A stretch of 64,000 nt of DNA from Pseudomonadota bacterium (GCA_039800165.1 JBDLRH010000027.1:368-64367), one strand, 5' to 3'; numbered from the stretch's first letter, positions 45,103 through 55,080 are shown. Program-made: numbers and translations. Notes: generated by a model not told the origin, from the sequence alone.

Positions 45103-45408
45103 GTGGCTAAGGTAGCTTTGATCCAGCGCGAGCTCAAGCGCGAAAAACTCGTGGCGAAGTTCGCCAAGAAGTACGCCGAGCTCAAGGCCGTCGCCAAGGA
45201 CGCCAAGAAGAGCGACGAAGAGCGCGATGCCGCTCGCGCCGCCCTGCAGAAGATTCCGCGCAACGCCAACCCGACTCGCCAGCGCAACCGCTGCGAGATC
45301 ACCGGCCGCCCGCGTGGCACGTTCCGCCAGTTCGGCCTGGGCCGCGCCAAGATCCGTGAAATGGCCTTCGCCGGCGACATCCCCGGCGTGACCAAGGCCA
45401 GCTGGTAA
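45103..45408 (+). CDS. rpsN: 30S ribosomal protein S14
   Basis: GTG start after a GAGGTG ribosome-binding site. [16 protein letters not shown]...[12 protein letters not shown]. 101 aa. Confidence 0.95.
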   Translation: MAKVALIQRELKREKLVAKFAKKYAELKAVAKDAKKSDEERDAARAALQKIPRNANPTRQRNRCEITGRPRGTFRQFGLGRAKIREMAFAGDIPGVTKASW

Positions 45409-45425
45409 GGCAGGAGAGTTTCGAC

Positions 45426-45821
45426 ATGAGCATGAGTGATCCCATCTCCGACCTGCTGACCCGCATCCGCAATGCGCAGATGGTGGCCAAGCCCACCGTC
45501 AGCGTGCCGTCGTCCAAGGTCAAGGTCGCCATCGTCCAGGTGCTGAAGGACGAGGGCTACATCGACGGCTTCCAGGTCAAGAGCGAAGGCGGCAAGTCCG
45601 AGCTCGAAATCGCGCTGAAGTACTACGCCGGCCGTCCGGTGATCGAGCGCATCGAGCGCGTGAGCCGTCCCGGCCTGCGCGTGTACAAGGGCCGCGACGC
45701 CATCCCCCAGGTCCAGAACGGGCTGGGTGTGGCCATCGTGACCACGCCCAAGGGCGTGATGACCGACCGCAAGGCGCGCGCTACCGGTGTCGGTGGCGAA
45801 GTGCTGTGCTACGTCGCCTAA
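45426..45821 (+). CDS. rpsH: 30S ribosomal protein S8
   Basis: [18 protein letters not shown]... Confidence 0.97.
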   Translation: MSMSDPISDLLTRIRNAQMVAKPTVSVPSSKVKVAIVQVLKDEGYIDGFQVKSEGGKSELEIALKYYAGRPVIERIERVSRPGLRVYKGRDAIPQVQNGLGVAIVTTPKGVMTDRKARATGVGGEVLCYVA

Positions 45822-45845
45822 GCCGCGGAACGGAGGAAACCTGAA

Positions 45846-46379
45846 ATGTCCCGCGTAGGAAAAATGCCCGTCACCGTCCCCGCAGGCGTGGACGTGACCC
45901 TCAAGGAAGACCAGATCAGCGTCAAGGGCGCCGGCGGCACGCTGTCGCTCGCCCAGAACGCGCTGGTCAAGATCGCAAGCGAAGGCGGCAAGCTCAGCTT
46001 CACGCCGGCCAACGACTCGCGCGAAGCCAACGCGATGAGCGGCACCATGCGCCAGCTCGTCAACAACATGGTCACCGGCGTCACCAAGGGCTTCGAGAAG
46101 AAGCTCACGCTGGTCGGCGTGGGCTTCAAGGCCCAGGCCCAGGGCGCCAAGCTCAACCTGTCGGTCGGCTTCTCGCACCCGGTCAACAAGGACATGCCCG
46201 CGGGCATCTCCGTGGCCACGCCGGCCCCCACCGAGATCGTGATCAAGGGCGCTGACCGCCAGCGCGTAGGCCAGGTGGCCGCCGAGATCCGTGCGATCCG
46301 TCCGCCCGAGCCCTACAAGGGCAAGGGCATCCGCTACGCGGACGAGACGGTCGTGATCAAAGAGACCAAGAAGAAGTAA
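45846..46379 (+). CDS. rplF: 50S ribosomal protein L6
   Basis: [17 protein letters not shown]... Confidence 0.97.
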   Translation: MSRVGKMPVTVPAGVDVTLKEDQISVKGAGGTLSLAQNALVKIASEGGKLSFTPANDSREANAMSGTMRQLVNNMVTGVTKGFEKKLTLVGVGFKAQAQGAKLNLSVGFSHPVNKDMPAGISVATPAPTEIVIKGADRQRVGQVAAEIRAIRPPEPYKGKGIRYADETVVIKETKKK

Positions 46380-46390
46380 GGAGCTGCATC

Positions 46391-46756
46391 ATGTTGACCA
46401 AGAAAGAGCAGCGCCTGCGCCGTGCCCGTCAGACCCGCATCCGCATTGCCCAGCAGGGCATTGCGCGGCTGACGGTCAACCGCACCAATCTTCACATCTA
46501 CGCCAGCGTCATCTCCGGCGACGGCAGCAAGGTCCTGGCATCGGCGTCAACCGCCGAGGCCGATGTGCGCAAGTCGCTCGGCGGCGCGGGCAAGGGCGGC
46601 AACACCGCCGCGGCCCAGGCCATCGGCAAGCGCATCGCCGAGAAGGCCAAGGCCGCCGGCATCGACAAGGTGGCCTTCGACCGCGCAGGCTTTGCCTATC
46701 ACGGCCGCGTGAAGGCGCTGGCCGATGCAGCCCGCGAAGCCGGCCTGCAGTTCTGA
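46391..46756 (+). CDS. rplR: 50S ribosomal protein L18
   Basis: [13 protein letters not shown]...[13 protein letters not shown]. Confidence 0.97.
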   Translation: MLTKKEQRLRRARQTRIRIAQQGIARLTVNRTNLHIYASVISGDGSKVLASASTAEADVRKSLGGAGKGGNTAAAQAIGKRIAEKAKAAGIDKVAFDRAGFAYHGRVKALADAAREAGLQF

Positions 46757-46780
46757 CGCTCACCAGATACGGATACAGAC

Positions 46781-47302
46781 ATGGCGAAAGTTCAAGCGAA
46801 AACGCAGGGTGACGGTCCGGAAGACGGCCTGCGCGAGAAGATGATCGCGGTCAACCGCGTGACCAAGGTCGTCAAGGGTGGTCGCATCCTCGGCTTTGCC
46901 GCGCTGACCGTGGTTGGCGACGGCGACGGCCGCGTCGGCATGGGCAAGGGCAAGTCCAAGGAAGTGCCTGCCGCCGTGCAGAAGGCGATGGAAGAAGCCC
47001 GCCGCAACATGACCAAGGTGTCGCTGAAGAACGGCACCATCCATCACAACGTGACCGGCCACCACGGCGCTGCGGTCGTGATGATGGCGCCGGCCCCCAA
47101 AGGCACGGGCATCATCGCCGGCGGCCCGATGCGCGCCATCTTCGAAGTGATGGGCATCACCGACATCGTGGCCAAGAGCCATGGTTCGTCCAACCCCTAC
47201 AACATGGTCCGCGCCACGCTGGACGCGCTGAAGAACTGCACCACCCCGGCAGAGGTGGCAGCCAAGCGCGGCAAGTCGGTCGAAGACCTGTTCGCGGCCT
47301 GA
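46781..47302 (+). CDS. rpsE: 30S ribosomal protein S5
   Basis: [25 protein letters not shown]... Confidence 0.97.
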   Translation: MAKVQAKTQGDGPEDGLREKMIAVNRVTKVVKGGRILGFAALTVVGDGDGRVGMGKGKSKEVPAAVQKAMEEARRNMTKVSLKNGTIHHNVTGHHGAAVVMMAPAPKGTGIIAGGPMRAIFEVMGITDIVAKSHGSSNPYNMVRATLDALKNCTTPAEVAAKRGKSVEDLFAA

Positions 47303-47316
47303 TCGGGAGCAGCCAG

Positions 47317-47499
47317 ATGACGACGCAGAAAACCGTGAAGGTGCAGCTGGTGCGCAGCCCCATCGGCACCAAGGAATCGCATCGCGCCACCGTGCGCGGC
47401 CTGGGCCTGCGCAAGCTCAACAGCATGAGCGAGCTGCAGGACACGCCCGCCGTGCGCGGAATGATCAACAAGGTCAGCTACCTGGTCAAAGTGCTCTGA
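47317..47499 (+). CDS. rpmD: 50S ribosomal protein L30
   Basis: [25 protein letters not shown]. Confidence 0.95.
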   Translation: MTTQKTVKVQLVRSPIGTKESHRATVRGLGLRKLNSMSELQDTPAVRGMINKVSYLVKVL

Positions 47500-47524
47500 T
47501 TGCAGGGCCACAAAGGGACTGAAG

Positions 47525-47956
47525 ATGGAACTCAATTCGATCAAGCCGGCTGACGGTGCCAAGCGCGCACGCCGCCGCGTGGGCCGTGGCATCGGCTCGG
47601 GCCTGGGCAAGACCGCAGGTCGCGGCCACAAGGGCCAGAAGTCGCGTTCGGGCGGCTACCACAAGGTGGGCTTCGAAGGCGGCCAGATGCCGCTGCAGCG
47701 GCGCCTGCCCAAGCGCGGCTTCAAGTCGGCCTCGCTGAAGTTCAACGCCGAAGTCACGCTGACCGCACTCGAGCGCCTGGGCGCTGCCGAAGTCGACCTG
47801 CTGACGCTCAAGCAGGCGGGCCTGGTGGGTGAACTGGCCAAGGTGGTCAAGGTGATCAAGTCCGGCGAGATCAAGCGCGCGGTCAAGCTCAACGGCATCG
47901 GTGCGACTGCCGGTGCCAAGGCAGCCATCGAGGCGGCCGGCGGCAGCGTGGCCTGA
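47525..47956 (+). CDS. rplO: 50S ribosomal protein L15
   Basis: [23 protein letters not shown]. Confidence 0.97.
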   Translation: MELNSIKPADGAKRARRRVGRGIGSGLGKTAGRGHKGQKSRSGGYHKVGFEGGQMPLQRRLPKRGFKSASLKFNAEVTLTALERLGAAEVDLLTLKQAGLVGELAKVVKVIKSGEIKRAVKLNGIGATAGAKAAIEAAGGSVA

Positions 47957-47988
47957 TCGGCCTGCAGGACTGAACAAGGACGATTTCG

Positions 47989-49299
47989 GTGGCCACCAGC
48001 GCAGCCCAGATTGCAAAGACCGGCAAGTTCGGCGACCTGCGTCGCCGGCTGGTCTTTCTGCTGCTTGCGCTCGTCGTCTACCGCATCGGCGCACACATTC
48101 CCGTGCCCGGCATCGACCCGGACCAGTTGCAGCAGCTGTTCAAGAGCCAGGAAGGCGGCATCCTGAACCTGTTCAACATGTTTTCGGGCGGGGCGCTGTC
48201 GCGCTTCACCGTGTTTGCGCTGGGAATCATGCCCTACATCAGCGCGTCCATCATCATGCAGCTGCTCACCTACGTGGTGCCCACGTTCGAGCAGCTCAAG
48301 AAGGAAGGCGAAGCCGGTCGCCGCAAGATCACCCAGTACACCCGTTACGGGACGCTGGGTCTGGCCATCTTCCAGTCACTGGGCATTGCCGTGGCGCTGG
48401 AAAGCTCTGCCGGTCTGGTGCTGAACCCGGGCTTTGGTTTTCGCATGACCGCCGTGGTCAGCCTGACCGCCGGCACCATGTTCCTGATGTGGCTGGGTGA
48501 GCAGATCACCGAGCGTGGCCTGGGCAACGGCATCTCGATCCTGATCTTCGCCGGCATCGCTGCTGGTCTGCCCAATGCGATTGGCGGCCTGCTCGAGCTG
48601 GTGCGCACCGGTGCGATGAGCATCCTGGTGTCGATCTTCATCGTGGCGCTGGTGGGCCTGGTGACCTGGTTCGTGGTGTTCGTCGAGCGCGGCCAGCGCA
48701 AGATCCTGGTCAACTATGCGCGCCGCCAGGTGGGCAACAAGGTGTACGGCGGTCAATCGTCGCACCTGCCGCTCAAGCTCAACATGGCCGGCGTGATTCC
48801 GCCGATCTTTGCCTCGTCCATCATCCTGCTGCCGGCCACCGTGGTGGGCTGGTTCAGCGCGGGCGAGTCGATGGTGTGGCTCAAGGACATCGCGGGCACG
48901 CTTACCCCGGGCCAGCCGATCTACGTGCTGCTGTATGCGGCAGCCATCGTTTTCTTCTGCTTCTTCTACACGGCGCTGGTCTTCAACAGCCGCGAGACCG
49001 CCGACAACCTGAAGAAGAGCGGAGCCTTCATTCCGGGCATCCGGCCGGGCGACCAGACCGCACGCTACATTGACCGCATCCTGTTGCGCCTGACGGCGGT
49101 GGGTGCGGTGTACATCACCGTGGTGTGCCTGCTGCCGGAGTTCCTGATCCTGAAATACAACGTGCCGTTCTACTTCGGTGGAACGTCGCTGCTGATCATT
49201 GTGGTGGTGACCATGGACTTCATGGCCCAGGTGCAGAACTACATGATGTCCCAGCAATACGAGTCCCTGTTGAAGAAAGCGAATTTCAAGGCTTCCTGA
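47989..49299 (+). CDS. secY: preprotein translocase subunit SecY
   Basis: GTG start. [26 protein letters not shown], 10-TM profile. Confidence 0.97.
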   Translation: MATSAAQIAKTGKFGDLRRRLVFLLLALVVYRIGAHIPVPGIDPDQLQQLFKSQEGGILNLFNMFSGGALSRFTVFALGIMPYISASIIMQLLTYVVPTFEQLKKEGEAGRRKITQYTRYGTLGLAIFQSLGIAVALESSAGLVLNPGFGFRMTAVVSLTAGTMFLMWLGEQITERGLGNGISILIFAGIAAGLPNAIGGLLELVRTGAMSILVSIFIVALVGLVTWFVVFVERGQRKILVNYARRQVGNKVYGGQSSHLPLKLNMAGVIPPIFASSIILLPATVVGWFSAGESMVWLKDIAGTLTPGQPIYVLLYAAAIVFFCFFYTALVFNSRETADNLKKSGAFIPGIRPGDQTARYIDRILLRLTAVGAVYITVVCLLPEFLILKYNVPFYFGGTSLLIIVVVTMDFMAQVQNYMMSQQYESLLKKANFKAS

Positions 49300-49310
49300 A
49301 CGGCGGCGAG

Positions 49311-49529
49311 ATGGCGAAGGACGATGTCATCCAGATGCAGGGTGAGGTGGTCGAAAACCTGCCCAACGCGACCTTCCGCGTGAAGCTGGAAAACGGCCAT
49401 GTGGTGCTGGGACATATATCGGGAAAGATGCGGATGCACTACATCCGCATCCTCCCAGGCGACAAGGTCACGGTGGAATTGACGCCTTACGACCTGACGC
49501 GGGCACGGATCGTGTTCCGCGCGAAGTAG
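49311..49529 (+). CDS. infA: translation initiation factor IF-1
   Basis: [30 protein letters not shown]... 72 aa. ATG lies within the listed longer ORF. Confidence 0.95.
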   Translation: MAKDDVIQMQGEVVENLPNATFRVKLENGHVVLGHISGKMRMHYIRILPGDKVTVELTPYDLTRARIVFRAK

Positions 49530-49571
49530 GTAAGGACGCCTCTCGGGGCAACAGATTTTTTGGAGAGCGAC

Positions 49572-49685
49572 ATGAGAGTTTCGGCTTCGGTCAAGAAAAT
49601 TTGCCGCAACTGCAAGATCATCCGCCGCAAGGGCGTGGTGCGGGTCATCTGCACCGATCCGCGCCACAAGCAGCGCCAGGGCTGA
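49572..49685 (+). CDS. rpmJ: 50S ribosomal protein L36
   Basis: Not in the ORF track because it is under 60 aa. My own translation is [37 protein letters not shown] (37 aa, Zn-type CxxC...C...H). Confidence 0.9.
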   Translation: MRVSASVKKICRNCKIIRRKGVVRVICTDPRHKQRQG

Positions 49686-49710
49686 TCGCACGAGTTATCA
49701 GAGGACAAAC

Positions 49711-50076
49711 ATGGCACGTATCGCTGGCATCAACATTCCGCCGCATCAGCACGCCGAGATCGGCCTGACGGCCATCTTCGGCATCGGCCGCACGCGCGCC
49801 CGCAAGATCTGCGTGGCCTGCGGCATCGCCTTCTCCAAGAAGGTGAAGGACCTGACCGACGCCGATCTCGAGAAAATCCGCGACCAGATCGCCCAGTTCA
49901 CCATCGAAGGTGACCTGCGCCGCGAGACGACCATGAACATCAAGCGCTTGATGGACATCGGTTGCTACCGTGGTTTCCGTCATCGCCGTGGCCTGCCGAT
50001 GCGCGGCCAGCGCACGCGTACCAACGCGCGCACCCGCAAGGGCCCGAAAAAGGGTGCTCAGGCGCTGAAGAAATAA
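49711..50076 (+). CDS. rpsM: 30S ribosomal protein S13
   Basis: [20 protein letters not shown]... Confidence 0.97.
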   Translation: MARIAGINIPPHQHAEIGLTAIFGIGRTRARKICVACGIAFSKKVKDLTDADLEKIRDQIAQFTIEGDLRRETTMNIKRLMDIGCYRGFRHRRGLPMRGQRTRTNARTRKGPKKGAQALKK

Positions 50077-50094
50077 TCGCAAGAGAGAACCGAC

Positions 50095-50499
50095 ATGGCC
50101 AAAGCTCCCGCCAGCAACGCCGCGCAACGCGTGCGCAAGAAGGTCCGCAAGAACGTTGCGGACGGCATCGCGCACGTGCACGCGTCGTTCAACAACACCA
50201 TCATCACCATCACCGACCGCCAAGGCAACGCACTGTCGTGGGCGTCGTCGGGTGGCCAGGGCTTCAAGGGCTCGCGCAAGTCCACGCCGTTCGCAGCCCA
50301 GGTGGCTTCGGAAGTGGCGGGCCGCGCTGCCATCGAGCAGGGCATCAAGAACCTCGACGTCGAGATCAAGGGCCCCGGCCCGGGTCGCGAGTCGTCGGTG
50401 CGTGCGCTGGCCGCGCTGGGCATCCGCATCACGTCGATCTCTGACGTGACGCCGGTGCCGCACAACGGCTGCCGCCCGCAAAAGCGCCGTCGCATCTGA
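50095..50499 (+). CDS. rpsK: 30S ribosomal protein S11
   Basis: [26 protein letters not shown]. Confidence 0.97.
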   Translation: MAKAPASNAAQRVRKKVRKNVADGIAHVHASFNNTIITITDRQGNALSWASSGGQGFKGSRKSTPFAAQVASEVAGRAAIEQGIKNLDVEIKGPGPGRESSVRALAALGIRITSISDVTPVPHNGCRPQKRRRI

Positions 50500-50588
50500 T
50501 CCGTTTTTCGTCAAGCCCACCGCCATCGGCCGCAGGCTGATGGCTCCCGCAGCAACAGGCTGCGGCAGTTGAATCAAAGGAAAGTCAA

Positions 50589-51212
50589 GTGGCACGTTAC
50601 CTCGGCCCCAAGGCCAAACTCTCACGCCGTGAAGGCACCGACCTGTTCCTGAAGAGCGCGCGCCGCTCGATCAGCGACAAGGCCAAGTTCGAATCCAAGC
50701 CCGGCCAGCACGGCCGCACCTCGGGCCAGCGCACCTCCGACTTCGGCGTGCAGCTGCGCGAGAAGCAGAAGGTCAAGCGCATGTACGGCGTGCTCGAGCG
50801 CCAGTTCCGCCGCTACTTCGAGGAAGCCGACCGCCGCAAGGGCAACACCGGCGCCAACCTGCTGTTCCTGCTCGAGTCGCGCCTGGACAACGTCGTCTAT
50901 CGCATGGGCTTCGGCTCGACCCGCGCCGAGGCGCGCCAGCTGGTGTCGCACAAGGCGATCACCGTCAACGGCCAGCCGGTCAACATTCCGTCGTACCTGG
51001 TGAAGGCCGGCGACGTGGTGGCCGTGCGCGAGAAGTCCAAGAAGCAGGGCCGCATCCTCGAGGCGCTGCAACTGGCCCAGCAAGTGGGCCTGCCGGGCTG
51101 GGTCGAGGTCAACGCCGACAAGGCCGAGGGCACCTTCAAGAAAGTGCCTGACCGCGACGAGTTCGGTGCCGACATCAACGAATCGCTGATCGTCGAACTG
51201 TATTCACGCTGA
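50589..51212 (+). CDS. rpsD: 30S ribosomal protein S4
   Basis: GTG start after [29 protein letters not shown]. Confidence 0.97.
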   Translation: MARYLGPKAKLSRREGTDLFLKSARRSISDKAKFESKPGQHGRTSGQRTSDFGVQLREKQKVKRMYGVLERQFRRYFEEADRRKGNTGANLLFLLESRLDNVVYRMGFGSTRAEARQLVSHKAITVNGQPVNIPSYLVKAGDVVAVREKSKKQGRILEALQLAQQVGLPGWVEVNADKAEGTFKKVPDRDEFGADINESLIVELYSR

Positions 51213-51214
51213 TG

Positions 51215-51245
51215 CGCCGGGGCGCCGCGCGCCCGCTGTTTTTTC
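51215..51245 (+). terminator. hairpin plus U-tract between rpsD and rpoA (possible attenuator or partial terminator)
   Basis: GGGCGC-cgc-GCGCCC followed by GCTGTTTTTT, directly after the rpsD stop. Confidence 0.4.
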
Positions 51246-51330
51246 GCTCCCCTGCCGCAGGGCACTGTGCCAGGGGTTCTTCACCAGCCTTACCGGTGTA
51301 ACGAGCCGGGGGTATTGAGAGGAAGACCGA

Positions 51331-52320
51331 ATGCAAACCCAACTGCTGAAGCCCAAGTCCATCAATGTGGAGCCGCTGGCGCCCAACCGCGCCAAGGTCA
51401 CCCTCGAGCCGTTCGAGCGCGGCTACGGCCACACCCTGGGCAACGCCCTGCGCCGTGTGCTGCTGTCGTCGATGGTCGGCTACTCGGCCACCGAAGTCAC
51501 CATCGCCGGCGTGCTGCACGAGTACTCGTCGATCGACGGCGTGCAGGAAGACGTGGTCAACATCCTGCTGAACCTCAAGGGCGTGGTGTTCAAGCTGCAC
51601 AACCGCGACGAAGTCACGCTGAGCCTGCGCAAGGACGGCGAGGGCGTGGTCACCGCAGCGGACATCCAGACGCCGCACGACGTCGAGATCATCAACCCGG
51701 GCCACGTGATCGCCACGCTGTCGCAGGGCGGCAAGCTCGACATGCAGATCAAGGTCGAGAAGGGCCGCGGCTATGTGCCGGGCACCATGCGCCGCTTCGG
51801 CGACGAGCCGACCAAGAGCATCGGCCGCATTGTGCTGGACGCATCGTTCTCGCCGGTCAAGCGCGTGAGCTACGCCGTCGAGAACGCGCGCGTGGAGCAG
51901 CGTACCGACCTCGACAAGCTGGTCATGGAGATCGAGACCAACGGCGCGATCAGCGCCGAAGACGCGGTGCGTGCGTCGGCCAAGATCCTGGTCGAGCAGC
52001 TCGCGGTGTTCGCGCAACTCGAGGGCGCCGAACTCGCCGCCTTCGAGTCGCCCACGCCGCGCAGCGCGCAGCAGTTCGACCCGATCCTGCTGCGTCCGGT
52101 CGATGAGCTCGAGCTCACCGTGCGCTCGGCCAACTGCCTGAAGGCCGAAAACATCTACTACATCGGTGACCTGATCCAGCGCACCGAGAACGAGCTGCTG
52201 AAGACCCCGAACCTGGGTCGCAAGTCGCTCAACGAGATCAAGGAAGTCCTGGCTTCCCGCGGTCTCACGCTGGGCATGAAGCTCGAGAGCTGGCCGCCGG
52301 CCGGCCTCGAGAAGCGTTGA
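51331..52320 (+). CDS. rpoA: DNA-directed RNA polymerase subunit alpha
   Basis: [23 protein letters not shown] and a C-terminal [11 protein letters not shown] domain. Confidence 0.97.
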   Translation: MQTQLLKPKSINVEPLAPNRAKVTLEPFERGYGHTLGNALRRVLLSSMVGYSATEVTIAGVLHEYSSIDGVQEDVVNILLNLKGVVFKLHNRDEVTLSLRKDGEGVVTAADIQTPHDVEIINPGHVIATLSQGGKLDMQIKVEKGRGYVPGTMRRFGDEPTKSIGRIVLDASFSPVKRVSYAVENARVEQRTDLDKLVMEIETNGAISAEDAVRASAKILVEQLAVFAQLEGAELAAFESPTPRSAQQFDPILLRPVDELELTVRSANCLKAENIYYIGDLIQRTENELLKTPNLGRKSLNEIKEVLASRGLTLGMKLESWPPAGLEKR

Positions 52321-52386
52321 TCAACCATTGAGTGCAACGGGCAGTACCTGATACGGCTGCCTGATCGATAAGGAAAGGAAAGCACC

Positions 52387-52788
52387 ATGCGTCACGGACA
52401 CGGACTTCGGAAACTCAACCGCACCAGCGAGCATCGCCTGGCGATGCTTCGCAACATGATGAACTCGCTGATCGAGCACGAGGTCATCAAGACCACGCTG
52501 CCCAAGGCCAAGGAACTGCGTCGCGTCGTCGAGCCGATGATCACGCTGGGCAAGGAGCCGACGCTGGCCAACAAACGCCTGGCGTTTGACCGCCTGCGCA
52601 ACCGCGACAACGTCTCCAAGCTGTTTGGCGAACTCGGCCCGCGCTACAAGGCGCGCCCGGGCGGCTACACCCGCATCCTGAAAATGGGCTTCCGCGTGGG
52701 CGACAACGCCCCCATGGCGCTGGTGGAGCTGGTGGACCGCCCCGAGCCGCAGGAAGCGGCCGCCGAAGGCGCGAAGGCTGCCGAGTAA
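52387..52788 (+). CDS. rplQ: 50S ribosomal protein L17
   Basis: [24 protein letters not shown]... Confidence 0.97.
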   Translation: MRHGHGLRKLNRTSEHRLAMLRNMMNSLIEHEVIKTTLPKAKELRRVVEPMITLGKEPTLANKRLAFDRLRNRDNVSKLFGELGPRYKARPGGYTRILKMGFRVGDNAPMALVELVDRPEPQEAAAEGAKAAE

Positions 52789-52807
52789 GCTACAATCTTT
52801 GATTTGC

Positions 52808-52884
<77 letters not shown>

Positions 52885-52910
52885 ACATCCCGTGCATCCG
52901 CATGGGCCAC

Positions 52911-52955
52911 AAAACCCGCCAAATCGCTCGCCGATTCGGCGGGTTTTGCTTTTTG
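52911..52955 (+). terminator. strong rho-independent terminator after tRNA-fMet
   Basis: 16-bp stem (AAAACCCGCCAAATCG / CGATTCGGCGGGTTTT, one mismatch), 5-nt loop, then GCTTTTT. Confidence 0.8.
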
Positions 52956-53049
52956 GCGTTCTGCAACGACAATGCGGGGTGGGAGAGGCCCGCGTCTGTC
53001 GCTCCAAGCCGGCTGAGGTCAGGGCCGCTGTTGCAGACGCCCCGAGATG

Positions 53050-53070
53050 TTGGTAACATTATGTAACCAA
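53050..53070. promoter_or_regulatory. AT-rich near-palindrome upstream of ORF 53087 (candidate operator or promoter)
   Basis: TTGGTAACATTATGTAACCAA is self-complementary at 18 of 21 positions. It lies 16 nt before the AGGA ribosome-binding site and ATG. Confidence 0.4.
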
Positions 53071-53086
53071 CACGGCTAGGATATTT

Positions 53087-53632
53087 ATGAGCGACTCGCC
53101 TGCCCACCTGCGCCGCACCGAACTGCCCCCGGTGGCCGTGCGCTACTCCCCCCGACCGCTGGACGAGTACACCTGCCGCATCCGCGACTTTTCGTGCGGG
53201 CCGGCGGCCAGCATGCTGCTCAAGCGCTCCACGGCGGTGTGGAACCTTGCCTGGCTGGGCTTTGATTACGAAGCCAATTTCGAGCACCCCTTCCACAAGG
53301 ACCCGGCGTACAACGTGCGGGTGTACCACTCGTCGAACTATGTGATGGCCGCACGCGCGGTGGACATCAGCGCGCTGGCGCCCGACGAAGTGAAGGTGGC
53401 GGGCATGCTGCGCTACCCGGCAGAAGAGTTCGTGGAGTGGCTGGTGGCCAGCAGCGTGTACAAGCGGCTGCCGCTGTACGAGGCCTATGGCGACGAGTGG
53501 CTGCAGACGGTGCGTCAGCGCGCCACCATCGCGCAGGGCGGCGACATGGCCACCGAACTCACGCGCTCCACACTGGCCGACATCGCCGACGTGGCGCAGG
53601 CCCAGGAGCTGCTCAAGCGCTTCATGCTCTGA
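53087..53632 (+). CDS. hypothetical protein (181 aa), no family recognised
   Basis: Clean ORF with native-looking GC-rich codon usage. AGGA ribosome-binding site 5 nt upstream of the ATG. Stop lies 4 nt before the 3-prime end of tRNA-Arg on the other strand. Confidence 0.55.
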   Translation: MSDSPAHLRRTELPPVAVRYSPRPLDEYTCRIRDFSCGPAASMLLKRSTAVWNLAWLGFDYEANFEHPFHKDPAYNVRVYHSSNYVMAARAVDISALAPDEVKVAGMLRYPAEEFVEWLVASSVYKRLPLYEAYGDEWLQTVRQRATIAQGGDMATELTRSTLADIADVAQAQELLKRFML

Positions 53633-53636
53633 GGGG

Positions 53637-53712
53637 TGGCGCGGCTGGCGGGGATCGAACCCACGACCCTTGGCTTCGGAGGCCAATACTCTATCCACTG
53701 AGCTACAGCCGC
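53637..53712 (-). tRNA. tRNA-Arg (anticodon CCG)
   Basis: 76-nt cloverleaf: acceptor GCGGCTG/CAGCCGC, D-arm TAGCTCAGTGGATAGAGT, anticodon arm TTGGC-CTCCGAA-GCCAA, T-arm GTGGG-TTCGATC-CCCGC, encoded CCA. Confidence 0.9.
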
Positions 53713-53722
53713 GCGACGCCGG

Positions 53723-53728
53723 ATTATC
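53723..53728 (-). promoter_or_regulatory. -10-like GATAAT 10 nt upstream of the tRNA-Arg 5-prime end
   Basis: The minus strand reads GATAAT-ccggcgtcgc-GCGGCTG. No good -35 box seen. Confidence 0.35.
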
Positions 53729-53805
53729 GTCGATCGCTGCCGTAGCGAGCGCTGCACGCCCACGCTGCACGAGGCCGTTTCGCCCTTCGCACAAGGTGGC
53801 GCCGC

Positions 53806-53811
53806 TATAAT
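53806..53811 (+). promoter_or_regulatory. consensus TATAAT -10 box upstream of the cytochrome c gene
   Basis: TATAAT lies 39 nt before the ATG. It shares the 13-mer ATAATCGCGGGCT with the spc promoter. The -35 box is weak. Confidence 0.35.
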
Positions 53812-53850
53812 CGCGGGCTTTGTAGTCACGCTTGCATTTCCGAGGACGCC

Positions 53851-54408
53851 ATGAGCGACAGCGCACACGAAGAAGCCCACACCGGCCCGATCAAGACCCC
53901 CAAGCAGTTGCTGGTCGCGGTGTTTTTCTCCTTCGTGGTACCGGTGTTCGCGATCATCGGCCTGGTGTACTACGTGACCTCGGCTGCCAAGCCCTCGGGC
54001 CGTTCTGAAGCCGAAGCGCTGGCGCTGGCCGGCGTGTCGCAAGAAGCGCGCGCCAAGTCCATCGAGCAGCGCATCCAGAAGGTGGGCACCGTCGAGATCC
54101 GCGATGCCAACCGCCCGCTCAAGGGTGGCGAAGAGGTCTACAAGGCGCAGTGCGCGGCCTGCCACACCGCCGGCGTGGCGGGTGCACCCAAGCTCGGCGA
54201 TGCCGGTGCCTGGAGCGCCCGCATCAAGACCGGCTATGAGGCGCTGCTGACCTCGGCGCTCAAGGGCAAGGGCGCGATGGGCGCGCAGGGCGGTGGCGAT
54301 TTCGATGATGTCGAGATCGGCCGTGCGGTGGTGCACCTCGCCAACGCCGCAGGCGCCAAGTTCGCCGAGCCGCAAAAGGCCGCCGCCGACGCCCAGGCCA
54401 AGAAGTGA
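53851..54408 (+). CDS. membrane-anchored c-type cytochrome (cytochrome c5 family)
   Basis: N-terminal TM helix. Haem motif CAACH followed by the typical GAPKLGD...KGKGAMGAQGG. Confidence 0.85.
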   Translation: MSDSAHEEAHTGPIKTPKQLLVAVFFSFVVPVFAIIGLVYYVTSAAKPSGRSEAEALALAGVSQEARAKSIEQRIQKVGTVEIRDANRPLKGGEEVYKAQCAACHTAGVAGAPKLGDAGAWSARIKTGYEALLTSALKGKGAMGAQGGGDFDDVEIGRAVVHLANAAGAKFAEPQKAAADAQAKK

Positions 54409-54460
54409 TGCACACCTGAAGGCCTGTGCGCTGCATGCGGCGCAAGGCACTTCACAAGAC

Positions 54461-54482
54461 AACCGGCTCAGGCCGGTTTTTT
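54461..54482 (+). terminator. rho-independent terminator of the cytochrome c gene
   Basis: AACCGGC-tcag-GCCGGTT followed by TTTTTT. The stop codon of the convergent minus-strand gene sits in the loop. Confidence 0.75.
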
Positions 54483-55061
54483 GTTGGCGCTTGCACCCAT
54501 GGCGGCCGCTGTGGCGCCGGCACGCTGCGCCTGCGGGCTGCGCACATAGCCAAAGCGCTGCGGAAGATCGCTCGAGCGCGCTTCGGCCAGCGGCCACAGG
54601 CCCGACTCGATGGCCCGCGCAGCCAGGCCGACGTCCAGCGTGTGCGCCAGGCCCAGGCCGATGTCGGTGTCGAGGTACACCCGGCCCTGCTCGTCGGTCA
54701 GCGCAGCGCGCACCTGTGCCGCACGCCCGGTATGGCTGTGCACCGCCAGCGCGTCGTCGATGCGCATCACCCAGGGGGTGGCTTCCAGCTCCACATACAC
54801 CCGCTGCGGGCCGTTCTGGAAGTACCACTGCCCCACATCGTCGCAGTCGTAGTTGCGGTGGATGAAGTCGATCAGCTTGTCATGACGCAGCACGGCACCC
54901 CTGCTGTCGGGCGTGCCACCGTCGGATGCCGCAAACGGGCCGGCCGCCTGGGTGCGGTCGTCGCGCATGTACCAGTGGCCACGCGCATCCAGGCCGAGCC
55001 AGCCGTAGCAGTGCGGTACGTTAGGCCACTTGGCCATGGCCTGGCGGACGATGTCATCCAT
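54468..55061 (-). CDS. conserved hypothetical protein (197 aa; DUF-type, family not confidently recalled)
   Basis: Protein-like composition (MAKWPNVPHCYGWLGLDARGHWYMRDD..., GQWYFQNGPQRVYVELE). No Shine-Dalgarno sequence seen. Confidence 0.6.
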   Translation of the reverse strand: MDDIVRQAMAKWPNVPHCYGWLGLDARGHWYMRDDRTQAAGPFAASDGGTPDSRGAVLRHDKLIDFIHRNYDCDDVGQWYFQNGPQRVYVELEATPWVMRIDDALAVHSHTGRAAQVRAALTDEQGRVYLDTDIGLGLAHTLDVGLAARAIESGLWPLAEARSSDLPQRFGYVRSPQAQRAGATAAAMGASANKKPA

Positions 55062-55080
55062 GCGGGTTGGCAGAAGCGGG

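Noticed and set aside
52885-53636. A possible genomic islet integrated at tRNA-fMet or tRNA-Arg.
   Set aside because: I see no integrase, no direct repeat of either tRNA 3-prime end within the window, and no obvious compositional shift in the ORF. It was kept only as an orphan-gene observation.
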